From the IMG/VR virus record IMGVR_UViG_3300049259_000177, positions 50,595 to 114,594 of that record: a stretch of 64,000 bases of DNA; one strand, 5' to 3'. The notes under the pieces are model-generated. The model saw only the letters and a program-made list of their open reading frames with translations, searched no databases and was not told the origin of the DNA. Position numbers and translations under genes: made by a program. The stretch comes from a virus. Positions 17,862 through 25,259 of the stretch are shown here, in pieces (position 1 is the first letter of the stretch; each line of letters begins with the position of its first letter).

Positions 17862-20800
17862 TTACTCGCTAGCCCTTGACGCGAGGAACGACTTGGTCTC
17901 CGCCGCCCGGCCGCGCAACGCCTCGATGTCGATGGTCTCGCCGTCGCCTGCACCCTTCGTGACGACCGCGCTCGGCGCGTCCGTTGGGGGCGTCGTCAAC
18001 GCATCCGGGTTGGAGTCGCCCGAAGCGTCAATCGAGACACCGGCCGCCTTGAGTACCGCGACGAGATGCTCGACGGCCGCACGCAGCCGCTCCTCGTTCG
18101 CGCCGGACAGCACGCGACCAGCCTTAACCTCGGCTGCGAAGTCGTTGGCGATCTGCACCGACAGCGCAACCTGCTCGATGCTCTTGAGCGCGCCGAGCAC
18201 GAGGTACTGCGGGCCCGGTGACGTTTCGTCCTCGCCGTCGTCCGGTTCGTAGTCGTCGTTCTCGTCGCCGGTGCTGGTCGAGAGCACCTCGGCGGTCACC
18301 TCGATGACGACGGGCAGCGGTGGCCCGAGAGTGACCGAGCCGTCGCCGTTGACGTTGTAGGTCAACTCGTAGGTCTCGCTCTTGCCGTCGTTCGGTCCGC
18401 TGTACGCGCACCGGCGTGCGATGACGCGGTCGTCGTAGGTGCCGACAACCTCGACGTAGTTCCATTCGCGGCGCGGCGGCCCTGCGTCCTCGCCATCACC
18501 GGACGGGATCTCGTCGCCGCGCAGTTGGTCGTTGAGCGTCCGGCGTAGCGCGTCCTGAGTAGCCTCGAACGACCCGGCGAGGAATGGATACTGCTTCGCG
18601 TCGACCGCCATGTCCGCACCTACCGCCTTCGTCGAGGCGTACTCGCCGATCTCCGCCTCGGGCATCCATGTGTCGAGCACGTCACTCGACTGCGGATGCT
18701 CAATCGGCGCCGGTCCGGCCGCGCCGCGCTGGCGCAGTGCGGCGAACGCCTTGGCCTGCTCGCCGTCCATGTGCTTGCCTGCGATCTCGACGGCGCGGTC
18801 GTAGGCGCCGTCCTCGTTCCAGCGGATCAGCGCTGCGCCGCCGCCGCGTTCGTACCACTGCACGAGTTGCTTGGCGCGGCGCTGATCTTCGACAGGGAAT
18901 GCCTTGAACTCCTCGATCGCGTCAAGGTCGTCCTTGGTGACGTTCCACTCCTCCGGCAGCATGTCGACGGCGTCGATGGCGCGCGCGCGGCGGACGATCC
19001 AGCGCTTTACCTTCGGCTTCTCCTCGTCCTTCGCGCGCCCATACGCCTGGATCGCGTTCTTGAGGTCGTCGCGGTTGCCGATCGGATAGGGCTCGCGGTT
19101 GTCGCCAGCAGACACCGGCATCGTCGGCTTGCGGTGACGGCTAGCGGCGGACATCTTCGCGGCGATCAGACCGCCGGTGCCTTCGAGGTCGGGGATCTCG
19201 ATGGTTCCGGCTTCGGCCTCGGCGAGCAGGGCCTTACCGGCGTGCGACTCGGCCTTTTTCTTGTCCCACTCAGCAACGGCGGCACATGCGGCGGCCTGGG
19301 CTTCCTTGCTGACCTTGACCTTGCCGCCGAACGCGCGCCCGGTGGCGCACATCTTTTTGCACCAGTTGACGGCGGTGGCGACGGCGACCGACTCGGGGCG
19401 ACCCTTGTCGATGAGGTGGTGCGCGACCCGGCGCATGAGCATCGGCAGGCCGCCGACTTTCTTCACCCAGTTGTTGCCCTCGCCCAGCGGCGCGCGGGTG
19501 GACGCCGTGCCGGTCGGGTCGAACTTGGCCTCGGTGAGCACGATTGCGACCCAGTCATCGACGTCGGCCAGGATCGGCACGCGCCACTCGTGGCTATCGA
19601 GTGCCTTGACCTCGTCGTCGTCGGCCCACTCCTCGACGCCGACCTCACCGAACGCCTCGGCAAGTGCTTCGGGGGTGATCGAGGGCGCCATCTCGGCCAG
19701 TTCCTTGCGGACGATCTCCGCGACGCGCAGTCCGGCGACGGCATCCTCAACCTCGTCGAGATCGAGACCCTTGAGACCCTCCTCATGCAAGAACCGCTCG
19801 AACGCGGCTTCGACGTCTTCGTGCTCGTCGGCCATCGCGGCGAGCCGTGACTTGACGGCAAGCGTCCCAGATAGCGGCGCCGCGCCGAACAGCACCGGGC
19901 TGTACTCGAACAGTTCGAGTTCCTTGATGTGGCGGATGCCTTCCTTGTCGCGCACGCCCTTGCCGTCGGGCACGTGGTAACCGATCGACCACTCACACTC
20001 GCCGGTCTCGGAGAAGAACTTGACGTTCTCGTACGCGTCGCGGCCCTCGCGACTCTTGAGGTTGAACCGCATGCGCACGTAGAGCGCGCCCGCCGCCTTC
20101 GGCCACGGCTGGCCGTCCTTGGTCTGGTCCGGCAGCCGGGGGTCGCCCGGCATCCACTCTTCGACGGCCTCGGTGCGCGCTACCCAGCGCCCCCAGTCAT
20201 GAGAGTTGCCGGTGAAGTAGACCGACCCGTTGCGCCGGGCCAGCCACGTACCGGACGGAGTGGTCGGGCACCAGACGACGCCGTCGTGCGTCGTGAACAC
20301 GTCCTGTCGGGCGACACGCGGCGGCTTGCCCGTCCGCTTCGCCTCCGCGATTGCGGCCAGTGGCTCGCAGGTGTTCCGGCGCAGCATCGTGACCGTGTTG
20401 CACGGGTTGTCCGGGTAGTGGCGGTTGGTCGAGGTGCGACACGTGTTCGTCGGGATACCGGCAAGGGCGCACGCCATCTCGAAGGCGCGCAGGCCGTGCT
20501 CGCTGCGCTGCGCCCAGCGGGCCGTGCCGCTGGCCTCGACGTGGCCGTCCCCGTCCATGCAGGTGTCGATGAGCAGGTGGAGTTGTGCGGCGGTCAGGGA
20601 GCACAGGAACTCCGGCAACGGGGCATTGCCCTCGCCGAGCACGGCCGCCACGGCCTCCGTCGGTCCCTTGTTGAGCCGGAACTCCATGCCGCGACCGTTG
20701 TTGCAGCGGTGCTCGTGGAAGCCGCCGGGGAACGCGGCGGTCAGCGCGCGGCGGATCGAGGCGCACTTGAGCGGGTTGACCGCGATCGACTGCGCGATTG

Positions 20801-21467
20801 TCAGGCGCGGTGTCGATACCGCGTTGCTCTGCGGGCCGAGGTGTCCCTCGTTCCACGCCCAGGCGACGACCTCGACGAACGCGTCCGACCACTTCGCTTC
20901 AACCGGCGCTTCGGTATTGGCGAGGCTGCGGATGATCCCGTCGTCGGCGTCCAGTTCGCGGGTGGTCCGCCAGGTGATCGCGTAACCGCCATCCGCGCTT
21001 TTGACGCGACGGCGTACCGGCCAGCGGTGGTCGAGCGTGGTTAGCGAGGAGAACCCGCTCGTCTCGATCAGCCGGACCTCGCGCGGTTCGGCGTCGAACA
21101 CATTGACGGCCAGCACCGGCTCGAACCGGGCCGTGAGCGTCTCAGGGTTGAGGGCGTAGGCGCGATCGGCGGCGGTCACCTCGTCGTAGCGGAGCCATCC
21201 GCGCTCGGTGAGGATCTCGGTCGCCTCGTCGGCACAGAAGACGCCCTTGGGCTTGCGCTTCGCCAGCGTCGCCTTGTAGGCGCCTGGAATGATGATGTCG
21301 TTGACTTCGTCCTTGATGCCGGTGACCGACACGAGCGCCTCGACGACGCCCGTCGAGTCGTTAGCAGCAACGAGGTCGGTGGTTGTCGCGTGGCTGGACG
21401 CTTTCTTCTCAAGGCCGGGGGGCGTGGTCGCCTCAGGTGCGTCGAGCACGCTGGTCCCCTGTCCCAC
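17862..21467 (-). CDS. HK97-type prohead protease with intein and long C-terminal extension
   Basis: D.VNDIIIPGAY, F|intein|SHDW, EWSIGY and ELELFEYSPVLFGA motifs; late KAGRVLS..NEERL segment. Confidence 0.9.
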   Translation of the reverse strand: MGQGTSVLDAPEATTPPGLEKKASSHATTTDLVAANDSTGVVEALVSVTGIKDEVNDIIIPGAYKATLAKRKPKGVFCADEATEILTERGWLRYDEVTAADRAYALNPETLTARFEPVLAVNVFDAEPREVRLIETSGFSSLTTLDHRWPVRRRVKSADGGYAITWRTTRELDADDGIIRSLANTEAPVEAKWSDAFVEVVAWAWNEGHLGPQSNAVSTPRLTIAQSIAVNPLKCASIRRALTAAFPGGFHEHRCNNGRGMEFRLNKGPTEAVAAVLGEGNAPLPEFLCSLTAAQLHLLIDTCMDGDGHVEASGTARWAQRSEHGLRAFEMACALAGIPTNTCRTSTNRHYPDNPCNTVTMLRRNTCEPLAAIAEAKRTGKPPRVARQDVFTTHDGVVWCPTTPSGTWLARRNGSVYFTGNSHDWGRWVARTEAVEEWMPGDPRLPDQTKDGQPWPKAAGALYVRMRFNLKSREGRDAYENVKFFSETGECEWSIGYHVPDGKGVRDKEGIRHIKELELFEYSPVLFGAAPLSGTLAVKSRLAAMADEHEDVEAAFERFLHEEGLKGLDLDEVEDAVAGLRVAEIVRKELAEMAPSITPEALAEAFGEVGVEEWADDDEVKALDSHEWRVPILADVDDWVAIVLTEAKFDPTGTASTRAPLGEGNNWVKKVGGLPMLMRRVAHHLIDKGRPESVAVATAVNWCKKMCATGRAFGGKVKVSKEAQAAACAAVAEWDKKKAESHAGKALLAEAEAGTIEIPDLEGTGGLIAAKMSAASRHRKPTMPVSAGDNREPYPIGNRDDLKNAIQAYGRAKDEEKPKVKRWIVRRARAIDAVDMLPEEWNVTKDDLDAIEEFKAFPVEDQRRAKQLVQWYERGGGAALIRWNEDGAYDRAVEIAGKHMDGEQAKAFAALRQRGAAGPAPIEHPQSSDVLDTWMPEAEIGEYASTKAVGADMAVDAKQYPFLAGSFEATQDALRRTLNDQLRGDEIPSGDGEDAGPPRREWNYVEVVGTYDDRVIARRCAYSGPNDGKSETYELTYNVNGDGSVTLGPPLPVVIEVTAEVLSTSTGDENDDYEPDDGEDETSPGPQYLVLGALKSIEQVALSVQIANDFAAEVKAGRVLSGANEERLRAAVEHLVAVLKAAGVSIDASGDSNPDALTTPPTDAPSAVVTKGAGDGETIDIEALRGRAAETKSFLASRASE
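20205..21236 (-). mobile_element. Intein (344 aa) with LAGLIDADG-type endonuclease in the prohead protease
   Basis: Begins CADEATEILTERGW; block B TLDHRW; ends VVWCPTT..GTWLARRNGSVYFTGN|S; AWAWNEG and CMDGDG motifs. Confidence 0.9.
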
Positions 21468-21500
21468 GATGCCTCCCGAGTCGTCGACGGTCTCCCGCGC

Positions 21501-21534
21501 AGGCTAGAAGTGACAGGGGGTTAGTGTCGCGTTG
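21501..21534 (-). promoter_or_regulatory. Late-type promoter for prohead protease
   Basis: CAACGCGACACTAA-N14-TAGCCT. Confidence 0.75.
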
Positions 21535-22977
21535 TCACACCTTGGCGGCGCTGCGCAGACCGGCGATACGGGCCGCCACCTCGGCGGGGTCGAGGTAGAC
21601 CTTGGTCTCGTCGGGCCGCCCGTCACCACTGGGCGGTTCGACGGCGGTGATGCGCTTGGTCTCCGGGTGCCCGGCTGGCAGCAGGTCGTCGTCGCGGCTG
21701 TAGCCGTCCGGCCGGTCACCGGCGGCTGTGGACAGGAACGCCTTGACGCGGGCCACGCCCCACTGCTCAGCACTCAGGCTCGTCACCGTGTCGCCGGGCC
21801 ACGCCGACACGCCGCGCTCGAAGACGCTCTTGATCGAGTCGCCGTCCGGACGGGCGTGCTCCGGCCAACCTTCGGTGTCGGCGCGGGCCTCGTGGTCGGA
21901 TTGCAGGCCGACGAGCGCGGACACGTCGAGGTCTTTCTTGCTCGCCGGGCGGTTCGCCAGCGGTGCGATCGTGCTCGCCGAATTGGCCCGGGCCGCGATG
22001 CGCTTGCCCGTCGCCTTCCATGAGCCTCCCGACTCGGCGTAGACGACGACGCGGATGGCCGGGTTGTCGGCGCTGCCCTCGACATCGGAGTCGACGCCCG
22101 GCACCTTGCCGTTGGTGACGACGAGATCGACACGACCCTGCTGACTGCCGACCTTCACGTACGAGCCCCGGTGAATGCCGGGCGGCTTGCGCACCTTGGT
22201 GGCGCCGTCGAGCGGGTTGGCGGCCGGGGCGGTCGAGTCCGGCGGGATGACACTCGTCGGGTCCGACGCGTTCGCGGTGCGGTCCGGGTTCAGCGTCGGC
22301 GAGCCGATCGGGACCTCGACGAACGTCGAGTCCTGCACGAGCGTGACGACGCCGAACGACGCCGCCACGGGTGCGATGCGCTGGACCGGCAGGTCGGCAC
22401 CGGCCGATAGCGTGCCGAGCGGGATCTTCGGCAGGTAGAGGTCCGACGGGACCATCGGTGTTACCGGGTTGCCGTCAGTCGGGGCGGTGACCTCCGGCGC
22501 GGCCTGGCCGGAGTTGACGCCGTCCATGATCGCAGCGCGTAGGGGCTCGATGTCGGGAGACTCGACGAGTGCGTAGAACTCATCGGAGTCACCGTCGGCA
22601 GAGGTCCGACCGAGCCCGTTGATCTGGCCGGTGATCGGCTGTCCGTTGGCGGCGGCATCCTTGACGGCGGTGAGCACCGCGATGAGGAATGTCGCCGAGT
22701 CCAGCGTGTTCGGCTTCGCAAGGAAGGCGAGGGTCAGGAACAGCGGCACGCCGTTCTCGCTGTCCTGCTGCGGGAGCGCCTGCGTGGCGTCGTCGGGCAC
22801 CATGCAGACGATCGCGATGTCACCGACGCCTTCCGTGCCGCCGGACGCGGCATCTGCCGGTGCATTTGGGTCGGTGCCTGCGGGCGGTTGACTCGACGCG
22901 GGAGCCGGTGGCGCGGGTGGAACGGGCGTGGTCACGTCGGTGCCTCCTGGCGTCGTCCGGGCGGGTCCAGACGACAT
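21535..22977 (-). CDS. Multidomain head-module protein: degenerate 2H-phosphoesterase-like domain, Tudor/SH3-like domain and a small C-terminal domain
   Basis: PLFLTLAFL and YLPKIPLG sit where HxT motifs are expected. GSYVKV..GRV....GKVPG...GS.DNPA and VFERG..AW...EQWG.ARV.AFL...DDDLLP.GHP follow. Confidence 0.6.
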   Translation of the reverse strand: MSSGPARTTPGGTDVTTPVPPAPPAPASSQPPAGTDPNAPADAASGGTEGVGDIAIVCMVPDDATQALPQQDSENGVPLFLTLAFLAKPNTLDSATFLIAVLTAVKDAAANGQPITGQINGLGRTSADGDSDEFYALVESPDIEPLRAAIMDGVNSGQAAPEVTAPTDGNPVTPMVPSDLYLPKIPLGTLSAGADLPVQRIAPVAASFGVVTLVQDSTFVEVPIGSPTLNPDRTANASDPTSVIPPDSTAPAANPLDGATKVRKPPGIHRGSYVKVGSQQGRVDLVVTNGKVPGVDSDVEGSADNPAIRVVVYAESGGSWKATGKRIAARANSASTIAPLANRPASKKDLDVSALVGLQSDHEARADTEGWPEHARPDGDSIKSVFERGVSAWPGDTVTSLSAEQWGVARVKAFLSTAAGDRPDGYSRDDDLLPAGHPETKRITAVEPPSGDGRPDETKVYLDPAEVAARIAGLRSAAKV

Positions 22978-23029
22978 GATGCCCGCCAGCGGCGCTTAGG
23001 TCGCGCCGGGCGGGCATCACGGGAAGATC

Positions 23030-23449
23030 TCAGCCGTACAGACGGGCCTCCTCGCGCTCCAAGTGGGCCCGCTCGGCCTCGGTGAGCGCCATGTAGGCGC
23101 GACGCTCGGCGGCGTGGCCCTCGCACTGGTACGCCTCGCGATCGGTGGCGAGCAGCCCGCAGCGGCCGTCACTGAGCCCGTCTTCCGTGCGGATCTCGAT
23201 GAGATCGCCGCAGGTGACCGGGTAGGCGACGCCACCGGCGGCGTCATCGACTACATAGGCGGCCAGAACGCCCTCGACGAGACGTGTGCCGGGCAGTTCG
23301 AGTGCTGTGCGCATGTGGTCGCTACACACGCCTTGACGGTGGTCGCGGCCCGGAGCCTCGAACTCGCCGTACTCGTAGTCGGCCCACACGGTCGGCTGGC
23401 CGTAGGTGCGGACGAAGCCGCTGCGCTCTAGGGCGGTCATCTCGATCAT
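23030..23449 (-). CDS. Hypothetical early protein
   Basis: ACAGGAG RBS; preceded by an operator-type promoter and the 5'UTR hairpin. Confidence 0.7.
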   Translation of the reverse strand: MIEMTALERSGFVRTYGQPTVWADYEYGEFEAPGRDHRQGVCSDHMRTALELPGTRLVEGVLAAYVVDDAAGGVAYPVTCGDLIEIRTEDGLSDGRCGLLATDREAYQCEGHAAERRAYMALTEAERAHLEREEARLYG

Positions 23450-23471
23450 GTCTGTTTCTCCTGTCGGTCTG

Positions 23472-23529
23472 GCCGGGTCGCTCTCCCGGCTCGCAAGCGA
23501 GCGTACACCCGCTTAGCGACGTGGCGCAA
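23472..23529 (-). promoter_or_regulatory. Early-type promoter with CGCTAAGCG operator and 5'UTR hairpin
   Basis: TTGCGC-N5-CGCTAAGCGGGTG-TACGCT, then CCGGG-AGAGCGA-CCCGG. Confidence 0.75.
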
Positions 23530-23646
23530 CCGGATCGGGCGGTTGGCCTCCGCTCATTTCCCGATAGGACTGGATGGTGCGAAGGCCACGCTCGACCTCC
23601 TCGCGAGCCCGCCGACGCTTGCGAGCACGAAGCCAGCGACACGCCC

Positions 23647-24300
23647 TCACGTAAGCGACTCCCACTCAACGATCTCGTAGCGGCCAAAGCCCTGCGACCG
23701 GGAGGCGCCGACGCCTTGCTGCTCGCCGGTCAGCCAGAGCATGCCCCACCTGTCGCGGGTGAGTTCCTCGGAGTCGGTGACGACGGTGAACGACACCTTG
23801 GCGTCGGTGACGTACTCCTCGTACTGGATGCCGGTGCCGCGCCAGGTGTGCACGAAGCGCTGGTTGATGCCAGACGCCTCGACGACACCGAGCGGGATCG
23901 TGTCTTCGACGACGAACACGTGCTCGGCGAAGTAGGACAGCGTGCCCTTACGACTCGGCCCCCAGCGGTCCTTAGGCCACCGGACGTTCGCGGCTTCCTT
24001 GATCGCGGCCTTCACCTGACGACCTTCGATGTAGAGCCCGTCGGCGTTGCGCTTGAACCCGTTGAGGTGCTTGAGACTGTCGACCTCGGCGATCGCTTCC
24101 TCGGCGGGGATGCCGCGCTCGGCCATCGTCGTCGCGACCATCTCGCGGATCAGGTCGTCCTTGTCGGCCATCTTCGTGCGTAGCCAACCCTCGGCGACCT
24201 TCGGGTCAGTTGGCACGCCACCGGCGAGCGTCGCGACGAGCAACGTCGCCCGGAAGCGATGCGGGTAAGCCTGCTCGCGCAGGTCATCGAACAGGGACAT
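23647..24300 (-). CDS. Stand-alone RAMP/Cas7-like RNA-binding protein (217 aa)
   Basis: ACAGGAG RBS at 24309-24315. Has F.ATL.....LAGGVP, YIEGRQVKAAIKEAA and a C-terminal Gly-rich loop GVGASRSQGFGRY, all RAMP hallmarks. Confidence 0.8.
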   Translation of the reverse strand: MSLFDDLREQAYPHRFRATLLVATLAGGVPTDPKVAEGWLRTKMADKDDLIREMVATTMAERGIPAEEAIAEVDSLKHLNGFKRNADGLYIEGRQVKAAIKEAANVRWPKDRWGPSRKGTLSYFAEHVFVVEDTIPLGVVEASGINQRFVHTWRGTGIQYEEYVTDAKVSFTVVTDSEELTRDRWGMLWLTGEQQGVGASRSQGFGRYEIVEWESLT

Positions 24301-24317
24301 CGTGGCGGCTCCTGTGG

Positions 24318-24638
24318 CTAGTCGGATGGGATGGGGAGGGCGGCCGAGGCGTGGGTGGGGGAGTCGGGCCGAGGCGGGCTGGGGTCGGCGGGGCAGGGGT
24401 GGGTCGGGAAGTCGGGCTGGGGCTGGGGAGACACGGGAAGTCGGGCTGGGTGGGGTCGGGAAGACGTGCGGTGCAGCGGGCAGGCATGGGTGGTCGGAGC
24501 GGGAGAGGGACGGGCTGGCGAGGAACGGGTAGGCGCGGGCAGACCTGGGTGGTCGGACGCGGAGAGGGCCGAATAGGGCGGGGTCGGGAAGGCATGTCGG
24601 AGTGGGAAGGGCGGGGAAGCCTAGCCTTGGGAAGTCAG
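24318..24638 (-). ncRNA. Pentamer-periodic guide-like repeat array (CC-NNN units punctuated by CCGAC), 7 units
   Basis: Eight CCGAC/CTGAC-NNN delimiters (plus-strand starts 24318, 24360, 24408, 24437, 24490, 24549, 24593, 24631) enclose 51 near-pentamers. By manual count 40 end in GG on the plus strand. Confidence 0.8.
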
Positions 24639-25165
24639 GCGGCCTTGCCGACGATGCTGCGGTACATCGCGTCGTACTCCTCCTCGGTAAACACCTCCTC
24701 GGTGCGTCGGTCTCCGACGCGCTTGGCGACTGCCTTGTGGAACGCCTCGCGCATCTTCGCGACCGCTGCCGTCTCGTGATAGCGGCTGGCGACGTACATG
24801 TGGTCCGCACCGGTCATGTCGCCGACGCGGCGCCTCGTTCCGCCGTCGTCGATGGCGTAGACGACAGCGAAGTGGCTGAGCGCAGCGAGGTCACCACTGC
24901 CGACCGCGTCCGCGAAGGCACGTGGCTGCCGCCGGGCGAGAGCGGTCGAGCGGTCGTGGCGTAGCGCCAGCGAGAGATCCGACGTCAGGTAGCGGGCGGC
25001 ATTGTCGGTCAGCCACGCCGTCAGTACCTCCGGGTTGCTGGCGCGGAGATCTCGGATGGCCTAGTCAGCCACGACGGCAGGCACGAAGTCGCCATCCGGG
25101 CGGGCGGCGTCGATTGCTGCCTGGATCGCGGGTGGGAACATGCCGTCTCCGTTCGGGGCGTTCAT
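24635..25165 (-). pseudogene. Accessory gene of the RAMP locus (176 codons) with an in-frame amber at 25061-25063
   Basis: ATG 25165 lies 6 nt after TAGTGT (leaderless -10). Reads MNAPNGDGMFPPAIQAAIDAARPDGDFVPAVVAD*AIRDLRASNPEVLTAWL... and stays open to TGA 24635, which overlaps the first array delimiter. Confidence 0.7.
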
Positions 25166-25259
25166 GCGACGACACTAAGCGCGTGTGCGCCACGCCTAGC
25201 GCTTCACGTGCGGGCGTGTCGACCGGACAGGTGGTCGGGCACGCCCGCGCGTGATGGGC

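Noticed and set aside
24320-24630. Simple G-quadruplex or microsatellite explanation for the G-rich tract
   Set aside because: The variable positions are non-repetitive and decode to codon-like strings, and units are punctuated regularly. G4 formation is possible but does not explain this.
24318-24638. Canonical CRISPR array next to the Cas7-like gene
   Set aside because: There are no 25-45 nt identical repeats with unique spacers. The conserved parts are only 2-nt and 5-nt elements.
24301-24810. Pro-rich N-terminal extension of the RAMP ORF (387-aa call) and other ORFs across the array
   Set aside because: A strong RBS precedes ATG 24300. The Pro/Gly-rich translations are by-products of the 5-nt periodicity, which is not codon-phased.
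25061-25063. Genome-wide amber (TAG) recoding
   Set aside because: Dit, major capsid and terminase genes end properly at TAG, and no suppressor tRNA was seen.
25167-25180. Inverted copy of the late promoter motif (also at ~40835)
   Set aside because: No -10 follows at the expected spacing on the plus strand. It is better read as a minus-strand TAGTGT -10 ahead of an ATG.
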